Origin: Gemmatimonadota bacterium
Lineage (GTDB): Bacteria; Latescibacterota; UBA2968; UBA8231
Assembly (NCBI GenBank): GCA_038128265.1
Contig: JAYPJE010000010.1
Span: 52,475-94,690, forward strand
DNA length: 42,216 nt
Reading direction: 5' to 3'
Shown: piece after piece, positions 9,364-16,780 of the stretch
Position numbering within the stretch: position 1 is the first letter of the stretch
How the letters are laid out: every line of letters begins with the position of its first letter
Notes under the pieces: model-generated
The model's database searches: none
Told to the model about the DNA's origin: nothing
The model's input: the letters and a program-made list of their open reading frames with translations, nothing else
Translations under genes and position numbers: made by a program

Positions 9364-11864
9364 CCTTCGCCCAACGCCCGCATCTGCGCTTCGAGCCTGG
9401 CGCGCTCTGCAGCATCCACGTCGAGTTCCAACGCGGCGCGCAGCGCATTCTGCGCGCGCGTTCGATCACCTTGGTCGGCATAGGCCCGGGCGAGGCCGAC
9501 GTGTGCATCGATGCGGCCGGGGGCCAGTCGCACGGCCCTAACAAGCAGCGCGACGGCCTGTTTGCTGCGACCGCCTTGCAGATAGAGCGCACTCAGATTG
9601 CACAGTGTCTCAACGTCGTCGGCATCGCGCTCCAGCGCTTCGCGGTAGAGGCGCTCGGCCTGCCCAAACTGGCCCATGGCCTGGTAGCGCTGCGCCAGCA
9701 GGGAGCGATGGGCAGCGCTTGCCGGCGCATTATCCACCGCTCGACGATACCACTGCAGCGCTTGTTCACCTTTCCCGGCCCCCTCATAGGCGCGCCCGAG
9801 CAGCGCACAGAACGCGCCGTTTTGAGTATCGAGTTCGACGGCCCGCTGCAGGGCAGCCACCGCATCGGCATAGCGCGCATGCTGTAGATAGACCCGGCCA
9901 ATATTTGCGTAGGAACGGGCCGCCTGCGGATCCAGACGCGCGGCACGACGGAATGCCTGTAGTCCCTCTTCCACGCGCTCCATGCCCACCAATGCCGCGC
10001 CCAGGTCGTTGTATAGCGCAGCGCTCTGCTCCGTCTGCAGCGCCTCCTGCACGCAGTCATATGCGCGCTGCCAGCGGCCGCGGCGCAGCGCTTCACCCGC
10101 CAGCAGGGCCCAGGCCTGTGCCGGGCTCATGCCCAGCCGACGATAGACGGCACGAGCCGCTTCGTCGCGCCCCAGTCCGGCGTAGCTAGCAGCCAGCAAT
10201 CGGGCGAATTCACCGTCCTGTGGCCAAGTCAACAGCCCCTCTTCGAGCACGGCGATAGCGTCGTTAAAGCGTTCGCCGGTGCGCAGTGCCTCGGCCAAAC
10301 CGCGATAGCCTGCGCGCAGGTGCGAATCGCGTTCAAGCGCGCTGCGGAAATAGCGCGCTGCCGAATCGGGACGCCCCGCCTGCAGGTGGGCCTGCCCCAT
10401 ATTGTAGAAGAGCGAGGCATACTCACCAATGGCAGCAGCACGTTTGTAGCGATCTAGCGCCTGGTCTGACTGCCCCAATTCCTGGTAGAGATTCCCAAGA
10501 TTGTTCTGCGCTGCAAAGAGTCCACTATCCAAACCGACTGCCCGCAGCAAATGCGCTTCGGCCAGTTCGTAGCGCTCTTGGTGCATATAGGCCGTACCCA
10601 AATTGTAGTGGGCCCGCGCCAAATCGGGCTGCAGTTCGAGCGCCTGCCGGCTGGCGGCGATGGACTCATCGACCCGCCCACTCTGAAGCAGGGCCTGGGC
10701 CCAATTGACATAGGGTCTAGGCATCTGCGGACCTTTTTCAACGGCATCGGCCCACAGAATTTCCGCGCTACGCCAAGCGCCGTTGCGCTGGTGGCAAAGC
10801 GAGGCCATGGCCACTAGCGCGCACAATGCCACGACCCTGCTCAGCCGCAGCCGTCCTAATATATCGGCTAGGAACAGCGCCCCGCCGACCATGGGAAAGT
10901 AGAGGCGATGCTCGTTGACCAATACGTTGAGCGGCACAATGGAAGGGGGCAGCAGCGCGATAAAAAACCACCCTGCACCCAGCAAGGCGACTCCACGCCC
11001 GCCGCGCAAGGCGATAAAAGCCAGCGAGACCAAGGCGGCTAGTCCGACGAGCACCGTTCCCTCTGCAAAGGAAGGCGACACGCGAAACTGCGGCTCAACG
11101 CTCAGCGCATACGGCGAAAAGGCCTTGTATACATAAAAGACCAGCGCCTTGCTCTGCGTCGCCCACTGCGCCCAGTGGGAACGCACGGGCTGCAGCATGG
11201 CCTTGCCGACGATGGCCTGCGTGCCCCACAAATAGAGTCCACTCAGCGCTGCGCTTATGTAGAGTGCGGCGTGCCCGCGTCGCTTCGACACCAGCAGCAG
11301 CAGAGCGGGCAAGGCAATGGCGCTGGATTTAGCCAGCAACGCAGCGGCGTAGGATGCACCGACCAATGCGGCCGCACGACCTCGCACATACAGCAGAAAT
11401 GCGAGTGCTACAAAGCACGTGGCCAACTGCGAAGAGCGGCTGCTGATGTAGTTGACCGGTTCGCTCAGCACAGGGTGTACGGCAAAGAGCAAGCCAGCCC
11501 CCAGCGCCGGCCCAGCGCGCATGCCCAGCGCCAGCGCTATCTGCCATACCAGCAGCGCATTGACCAGGTGCAACCCCATATTGACCAGATGGTACCCCAG
11601 CGGCTCGTAGCCGCCCAACGCGTAGTTGACCGCATAGCTCAGCACGACAAGAGGTCGGTACATCCGCGCTTCGGCTAGGCCGGAAAAGGTTGCGGAGTCG
11701 CTGAAAAAGCGCGGCGCATTGGCCAGCGAACGCAGGTGGGGATTTTCTAGAATCGAATGTTCGTCGTCGTAGTGAAAGCCGTTGCCGGGCACGTTCGCAT
11801 AGGCCAGCAGTACGGCCAGGGCCAGCAGCCCAACCGACGGCACAAGCGACGAGCCCCCCCTCAT
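9360..11864 (-). CDS. TMTC-like membrane protein: GT-C-type transmembrane domain plus C-terminal TPR array
   Basis: FHYDDEHSILEN, YRPL, YHLVN..LH, LFAVHPV.SEPV..ISSR, NEHRLYFP, followed by many TPRs. Start at ATG 11864 overlaps the upstream stop (ATGA). Confidence 0.85.
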   Translation of the reverse strand: MRGGSSLVPSVGLLALAVLLAYANVPGNGFHYDDEHSILENPHLRSLANAPRFFSDSATFSGLAEARMYRPLVVLSYAVNYALGGYEPLGYHLVNMGLHLVNALLVWQIALALGMRAGPALGAGLLFAVHPVLSEPVNYISSRSSQLATCFVALAFLLYVRGRAAALVGASYAAALLAKSSAIALPALLLLVSKRRGHAALYISAALSGLYLWGTQAIVGKAMLQPVRSHWAQWATQSKALVFYVYKAFSPYALSVEPQFRVSPSFAEGTVLVGLAALVSLAFIALRGGRGVALLGAGWFFIALLPPSIVPLNVLVNEHRLYFPMVGGALFLADILGRLRLSRVVALCALVAMASLCHQRNGAWRSAEILWADAVEKGPQMPRPYVNWAQALLQSGRVDESIAASRQALELQPDLARAHYNLGTAYMHQERYELAEAHLLRAVGLDSGLFAAQNNLGNLYQELGQSDQALDRYKRAAAIGEYASLFYNMGQAHLQAGRPDSAARYFRSALERDSHLRAGYRGLAEALRTGERFNDAIAVLEEGLLTWPQDGEFARLLAASYAGLGRDEAARAVYRRLGMSPAQAWALLAGEALRRGRWQRAYDCVQEALQTEQSAALYNDLGAALVGMERVEEGLQAFRRAARLDPQAARSYANIGRVYLQHARYADAVAALQRAVELDTQNGAFCALLGRAYEGAGKGEQALQWYRRAVDNAPASAAHRSLLAQRYQAMGQFGQAERLYREALERDADDVETLCNLSALYLQGGRSKQAVALLVRAVRLAPGRIDAHVGLARAYADQGDRTRAQNALRAALELDVDAAERARLEAQMRALGEG

Positions 11865-13354
11865 TGTCCTCTCTTCCCACCGACAAGAGCCGCATAGAGT
11901 TCGCGCAGCGATTGGCGCTGCGCGCGGTTGCAGCAGAGCACACCGACCAGCAAGAGCGCAAAAACAGCACCGCCTAGGAGCAGCTGGCTCCATGCGCTAA
12001 CCGCGCTCCACTGGACAACCCAGCGCGCCGTCGCGGCCGCCAGCACGCCGGCCAGCGCCACGTGAAACAGCTCCGACCACGGCAGCAGCTCTGACCAGGA
12101 CCAGCGCAGGTGAACGGCAATAGCGCCCACAAGAAAAAACACCTGTAGATAGGTTGCCATCACCGTGGCCAGCGCCGGCCCTAAAAAGGCCCACGCCCCC
12201 CAGTAGCCCTGCAGCCAGAGCACTAGCCCAACGCTCAGCGCGCCGTTGATGACCAAATCGCCCAGACTTCCCCACAGAGCCCAAGACGCTTTGCCCATGC
12301 CAACGAGGAGCGGATTATAGATGGCACAGCGCAGGGGCAGCGACAGGAGAAACACGCGAAAAACCCAGGTCGAAGATTCGTATCCAGCCGGTAGATACCA
12401 ACCGATAAACAGGTCGGCAAAAGCAAAGAGGAAGCAAAACAGCGGCAAGGCCACCAAGGCCAAACGCGATACGGCTTGGCGCCAAAGGCGCGCAATGGCT
12501 TGCATCTGTCCGCTTTGGTAGAGCTGGCTGACTTCGGGCACCAGAACAGAAACGACAGCGGCCAATAGCAGGCTGATGGGCACTTCGACAGCACCAAAGT
12601 GGTACTCTGCAAAGATATCGTGGGTAAAAAAGTAGAGAATGACCATGCGGTCGACGGCGCGCGACAGCGCTCCGACCGCATCGTTGAGAGCAATCGGACG
12701 GCTGTAGGCCAGCAGTGCGGACCACCCCTCGCCCGGCGCCCAGCGCCCGGTGCCCAATGCACGATAGACCAGCACATAGCCGGCCACTAAGCGCAGCAAT
12801 CCCACCAGTGAAACCAGGCCTAAAACCTGCTCTGGCAACAGACCTATATACAGGCCCAACGCCGCGGCGCCGACTAGGCCCAGGGCCGTTCCCAAGCTCA
12901 ACAAGGCCTGCCAGTGGGCTCGCTCGGCGGCCACCAGCAGCGCGTCGCACACCCCTCCGGCCACCAGCGCCACCGCGTAGGGAATAAATACCGCCAGCGG
13001 CTCTTCTATACCCGCCGGCAGACCGTCATCGCCGTGCAGCACCGACAGCAGCGACAGGCCCAGCGCATGGAGCATGCCCCCTAAAACCAGCGCTGATAGC
13101 AAAGCCAAGCCGACGCCCTGCAGCGCCAGTCCACGCACGTCCTCTCGTCGGGGAAAGAAATAGAGCACGGCGGTGGGCAAACCCAGCGAAAAAATGGGCA
13201 CGAGCGCATTGCTCAGCACCCACATGGCAGCAAAGACCTCGCACTGGGCCTTGTCCCAGGTGCGCGCCGCCAGCGCATACATGGCATACATGGCCAGGGC
13301 GTTGGCCGCTCTGCCGAGGGCGACGACACCCACCTTGCGGGTCAGCCGCCCCAT
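11861..13354 (-). CDS. Polysaccharide biosynthesis flippase (Wzx/MOP superfamily)
   Basis: Many hydrophobic segments, LGLPTAVLYF, DRMVI, LVPEVS, PLLVGMGK. Start placed at ATG 13354, just after the upstream stop. Confidence 0.8.
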   Translation of the reverse strand: MGRLTRKVGVVALGRAANALAMYAMYALAARTWDKAQCEVFAAMWVLSNALVPIFSLGLPTAVLYFFPRREDVRGLALQGVGLALLSALVLGGMLHALGLSLLSVLHGDDGLPAGIEEPLAVFIPYAVALVAGGVCDALLVAAERAHWQALLSLGTALGLVGAAALGLYIGLLPEQVLGLVSLVGLLRLVAGYVLVYRALGTGRWAPGEGWSALLAYSRPIALNDAVGALSRAVDRMVILYFFTHDIFAEYHFGAVEVPISLLLAAVVSVLVPEVSQLYQSGQMQAIARLWRQAVSRLALVALPLFCFLFAFADLFIGWYLPAGYESSTWVFRVFLLSLPLRCAIYNPLLVGMGKASWALWGSLGDLVINGALSVGLVLWLQGYWGAWAFLGPALATVMATYLQVFFLVGAIAVHLRWSWSELLPWSELFHVALAGVLAAATARWVVQWSAVSAWSQLLLGGAVFALLLVGVLCCNRAQRQSLRELYAALVGGKRGQ

Positions 13355-13355
13355 G

Positions 13356-14108
13356 CTACGATCGTTTACAGGCCAGCATCGCCATAAAAGAGGGCTTGGG
13401 CAATAGGCGGTTGAGCAGGACATCAACCGCGCGCCAACCAGCATAGGGCCAGCGCGCGCTCAAGAGGGGAAACCCCGCTAACTCAGACAGCTTGTTGGCC
13501 AGTAGACGCACATCGACAACGTCAAAGCCCGCCCCCTGACACAGCGCCGTCACCGCCTCGCGGTCAAAGCTGTGCAGATGGGCATTGGCCGGCGTCAGCT
13601 GGTTGCAGTGTATGCACAGATGCTCGACGATGTTTTCGCGATAGGGCACGCTCATGAGCATCCGCCCCCCCGGCCGCAGCACGCGGGCCGCTTCGCCGAG
13701 GGCGGCCGGCACGTCCTCGAGATGTTCAACCACCTCTGATAATACCAGCGCGTCAAAATGCCCGTTGGCAAAAGGCAGGTGATACAGATCTCCCACGTGA
13801 TATGCAACGCCGTGCGGAAAGCGCGCGCGCGCGCCGTGCACCCCTTTTAGACCGATGTCCATAGCGGTGACGGCTGCACCGGCACGGCGAAACTGATCGG
13901 CCAACCAACCCGACCCACAGCCGATATCCAGCAGGCGCTGCCCTGCTTCCAAGCCGGCTAGGCGCACCAACAGCTGCAAGCGCCGCCGCTCGGATGCATG
14001 CCAGTGGGGATTGAGCGCCTGTGGATCGACAATGGCTTCAGCGTCGACCGCATAGTGCGACTTGTAGTCGCGCAGTCTCCCCCTTGCATTCTTATGCTGC
14101 TCTGACAT
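13356..14108 (-). CDS. Class I SAM-dependent methyltransferase
   Basis: LLDIGCGSG, GDLYHLPF, FDALVLSEVVEHL, RVLRPGG. Confidence 0.92.
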   Translation of the reverse strand: MSEQHKNARGRLRDYKSHYAVDAEAIVDPQALNPHWHASERRRLQLLVRLAGLEAGQRLLDIGCGSGWLADQFRRAGAAVTAMDIGLKGVHGARARFPHGVAYHVGDLYHLPFANGHFDALVLSEVVEHLEDVPAALGEAARVLRPGGRMLMSVPYRENIVEHLCIHCNQLTPANAHLHSFDREAVTALCQGAGFDVVDVRLLANKLSELAGFPLLSARWPYAGWRAVDVLLNRLLPKPSFMAMLACKRS

Positions 14109-14127
14109 ATACCGTATACAATTGTGT

Positions 14128-14160
14128 AAAAAAAAACCTGCTCGCTACGCGGCGAACAGG
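14128..14160 (-). terminator. Intrinsic terminator after the 107-aa coiled-coil gene
   Basis: Minus strand reads CCTGTTCGC-cgcgta-GCGAGCAGG followed by T9. Confidence 0.8.
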
Positions 14161-14187
14161 AAGTTGAAGCGGGTGAAAACGGATGGC

Positions 14188-14511
14188 TCAGGCACCGGCA
14201 CCTTCTTCCACGGCCGTCGACTCCATCAGCTGCACGCGATCCTGCGTGTCAATATCGGTGACCGGGCGCTTCAGACTGTCTTCGAGAACGCGCACCACAT
14301 CACCCAAGTTGGTGCGCAACTGCTCCTTGTCTTCAACCTTTAATCGCAGCGCCTCCACTTCCTCTTCGGTCTGGGCGACTTTGAGGCGCAGGTCGTCAAT
14401 CTCGGGTTGTATAGAATCGAACTTAGCCCGCAAACCACGCAGACGCACCGAAGTGAGAAACTTCGTAGCTACCACGCAGAGCAAGGCCAACATCGTCCAG
14501 ATCATAGCCAC
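14188..14511 (-). CDS. Small membrane-anchored coiled-coil protein, unknown function
   Basis: N-terminal hydrophobic helix (MIWTMLALLCVVAT), then a heptad-rich acidic helix. Has its own terminator. Confidence 0.7.
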   Translation of the reverse strand: MAMIWTMLALLCVVATKFLTSVRLRGLRAKFDSIQPEIDDLRLKVAQTEEEVEALRLKVEDKEQLRTNLGDVVRVLEDSLKRPVTDIDTQDRVQLMESTAVEEGAGA

Positions 14512-14723
14512 ACACCCAGTTGAAAAAAACTTGACTTGGACTCAATATAAAGCATATCGCTCTATAAAGTCAATTACTTACAAGGCATTTGGCTTTCGTC
14601 TTTTCAGCCTTCCCATGCGCCCTCAACGAGGGCGACGGAGCGAATAAGTACTTCCCACTATCGGCCCATTGGAGAAAAAAAGTCGCAAGGCCTCAAAAGC
14701 ACAGAGGCCATCGCCTCACTTTT

Positions 14724-14748
14724 TAAATATAAAAAAAATAACTATTTA
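14724..14748 (+). promoter_or_regulatory. IHF-like AT-rich site upstream of a sigma-54 promoter
   Basis: TAAATATAAAAAAAATAACTATTTA: an A-tract plus AATAA-N4-TTA, resembling WATCAA-N4-TTR. Ends about 29 bp before the -24 box. Confidence 0.45.
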
Positions 14749-14776
14749 GGATTGGCCTAACCATCGCGACGCTCAC

Positions 14777-14792
14777 TGGCACGCCCCTTGCT
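14777..14792 (+). promoter_or_regulatory. Sigma-54 (-24/-12) promoter
   Basis: TGGCACG-CCCC-TTGCT is an exact match to TGGCACG-N4-TTGCW, and lies in an intergenic region. Confidence 0.8.
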
Positions 14793-14802
14793 AATTCAGT
14801 AG

Positions 14803-14883
14803 CAACTCTGAGTGTTACCCGCTAGGCATTCCTTCGCGGACAAAGCCCCAAAGGCCGAGTCCGTGGAGGAATGCCGTTTTTTT
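14803..14883 (+). ncRNA. Candidate sigma-54-dependent small RNA (about 80 nt)
   Basis: Lies between the sigma-54 promoter and a + strand hairpin/U-tract. No + strand gene follows. Start inferred from the -12 position. Confidence 0.55.
14825..14883 (+). terminator. 17-bp hairpin with U-tract on the + strand
   Basis: GGCATTCCTTCGCGGAC (14825-14841) pairs with GTCCGTGGAGGAATGCC (14859-14875), including two G-U pairs that form only on the + strand; then G and T7. Confidence 0.75.
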
Positions 14884-15427
14884 ATTCAATCACGTCAAAA
14901 TCATGCATATCTTCACCGGCCCGAGCCGAGAGAATATCCAGCGCGGCGCAGGCACCGTCGCCGGCGGAAATGACGGCCTGAATTTTCTTGAGGCGCGAAC
15001 TCCATCCCACTACGTAGAGGCCTTCGACGGTCGTGCGCCCGTTGCGATCGGATACCATCCCCTCATCGCCCTTGTCCACGCCCATGCTTTCGGCCAGCGG
15101 ATTGCTCGGTCCTGTGGCCAGGATCAAGTACGTCCCTTCGCGCTTCGATCCATCCGCCCCGTGCACGCTGAAACCACCGTCCGTCTTTTCCACGCTCTCC
15201 ACTTCGACCTCGAGTAGTTCGCCCCCAAAGTCCTTCACCTGCTGACGACCGATCTGCTGGAATTCGCTACCCGTTATCTCCGGAATGCCCAAATAGTTAA
15301 AGACCTTCGCCTTGTGCATCAAGGTCTTGTCTAGGCCAAACACAGTGACGCTCATCTCATTTTTAGCCAGGAAAAGCGCCGCACTCAAACCCGCGGGTCC
15401 ATCGCCCACAATTAACACATCTGCCAT
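14882..15427 (-). CDS. Short thioredoxin-reductase-like FAD-dependent oxidoreductase
   Basis: VLIVGDGPAGLSAA, LILATG, T-VEGLYVVG, QAVISAGDG. Only 181 aa. Confidence 0.85.
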   Translation of the reverse strand: MADVLIVGDGPAGLSAALFLAKNEMSVTVFGLDKTLMHKAKVFNYLGIPEITGSEFQQIGRQQVKDFGGELLEVEVESVEKTDGGFSVHGADGSKREGTYLILATGPSNPLAESMGVDKGDEGMVSDRNGRTTVEGLYVVGWSSRLKKIQAVISAGDGACAALDILSARAGEDMHDFDVIE

Positions 15428-15477
15428 AGGGTTACTCCCGAGTTAGTGTCGTTGCCAAACGACGTGGTTCACATCCT

Positions 15478-16677
15478 CTATTTCTTCGCCATTTCCGGTC
15501 GCCACGGTTCTGTAGCGGGTCCGGTTGGCCGCTCGATCATAGCCCGATGCGGCAATCGCTCGTACGAGCGGTAGGCCACATCGAGATGGGGGGTTTCGAT
15601 CCGCACGTGTCCCCGATGGCGCGAGTCGAGCAGCGCATCGAGCGCCCCGCTAACTAACAGCGTGCGCTCAACAGGATACGTAGGTTGGCCAGTGATAAAC
15701 AACTCCTGTGCATTTAACCCCAAAAAGGTGAAGTGCGGATGCGGGTCGCCGTGCAAGTAGAATTCACACGACTGCACCTGCCCCTCGACGCGAGCGGCGT
15801 ATCCCCATCCCCGTAGCCAGCCGCTAAACCCGTTGGCCATCAGCGTGGCCGCTCGGAATCCATCGGCGTATTCGAGCAGGAACACGGCGGCGCGATCGCT
15901 CTTTTCGCGCAGAGCGCCCTCGCCTTTGGGCTCGATGTGTGCCAGGGCGGCTTCGGCCAGCTCACCCGACCATAGCCCATCGTCGCAGGCCTGCCAGACC
16001 GCGTCGCCTTCTAGGCACTGCACGGCGACGATGCCCGTCTCGCCACCGGCGCGTCGCTCGACCATGCACTGCAGCGTTTCCAAGCCGTGAAAGCCGTACG
16101 AATCGAGCCCCCCGTAGGCGATGGAAAGCGCCTCTTCTACGGGGGTGTCGAGCGCGTGTTCAAGCCAGGGCCGGCGGTAGCACAGCGGCAGCGAGGAGCC
16201 GGCCATAAAGGGGACGTTGAGCGCGCGTGCGCGATCGTACATCCAGCGAGCCTGCTCCCAGCTCCACGACAGGTGCTTGTCAGAGAAAACCGGCACCGAA
16301 CGGCCCGACGCAGCAAAAACGCCACAAATTTGCTCGAAGAAATAGCGGCGCGGATAGAGGTGCTGCTCCTTTTCATTCCAAGCGTAATCACCGTGCTCAC
16401 CGATGACCAAGACGCCATCAACAGCCAGTTCCTTACCCCCCAGGCACAGCGCTGCAACAATACTGCCATAGCGCGGGATATCGTACTCTTCGGCGAGCGC
16501 AAGCCCCACGTCTCGCTCGTGAACCTGATCCATATAGAACGAGACGATGTCCACCTGCGGCTCTTCCAGGCGGTCATCGGTGGGAAACCCTTTGAGAAAC
16601 TTGGTTACGATTACGTCCGCATGCGAAAAGGGGTAATAGGTCGTAATGATCGCCGCTATTTTTTTGCGTTCGCCCAT
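15478..16677 (-). CDS. Conserved hypothetical protein (possibly Gfo/Idh/MocA-like oxidoreductase fold)
   Basis: SHADVI, VDGVLVIGEHGDY, VPVFSDKHL, PFMAGSSLP, YGFHGLE. Start at ATG 16677 with GGAGA upstream. Confidence 0.7.
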   Translation of the reverse strand: MGERKKIAAIITTYYPFSHADVIVTKFLKGFPTDDRLEEPQVDIVSFYMDQVHERDVGLALAEEYDIPRYGSIVAALCLGGKELAVDGVLVIGEHGDYAWNEKEQHLYPRRYFFEQICGVFAASGRSVPVFSDKHLSWSWEQARWMYDRARALNVPFMAGSSLPLCYRRPWLEHALDTPVEEALSIAYGGLDSYGFHGLETLQCMVERRAGGETGIVAVQCLEGDAVWQACDDGLWSGELAEAALAHIEPKGEGALREKSDRAAVFLLEYADGFRAATLMANGFSGWLRGWGYAARVEGQVQSCEFYLHGDPHPHFTFLGLNAQELFITGQPTYPVERTLLVSGALDALLDSRHRGHVRIETPHLDVAYRSYERLPHRAMIERPTGPATEPWRPEMAKK

Positions 16678-16780
16678 GCGTGCTCTCCGTGTTGACCGGT
16701 GGTAATGGCACAATCTACGACCAGATGGTCGCGCCATCAAACGACTTGACCGGATGCGGCCCGTTGATATTAATTACACT

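Noticed and set aside
14812..14980. Short + strand GTG-started ORF downstream of the sigma-54 promoter
   Set aside because: It has no RBS, runs through the terminator hairpin and continues antisense into the flavoprotein gene.
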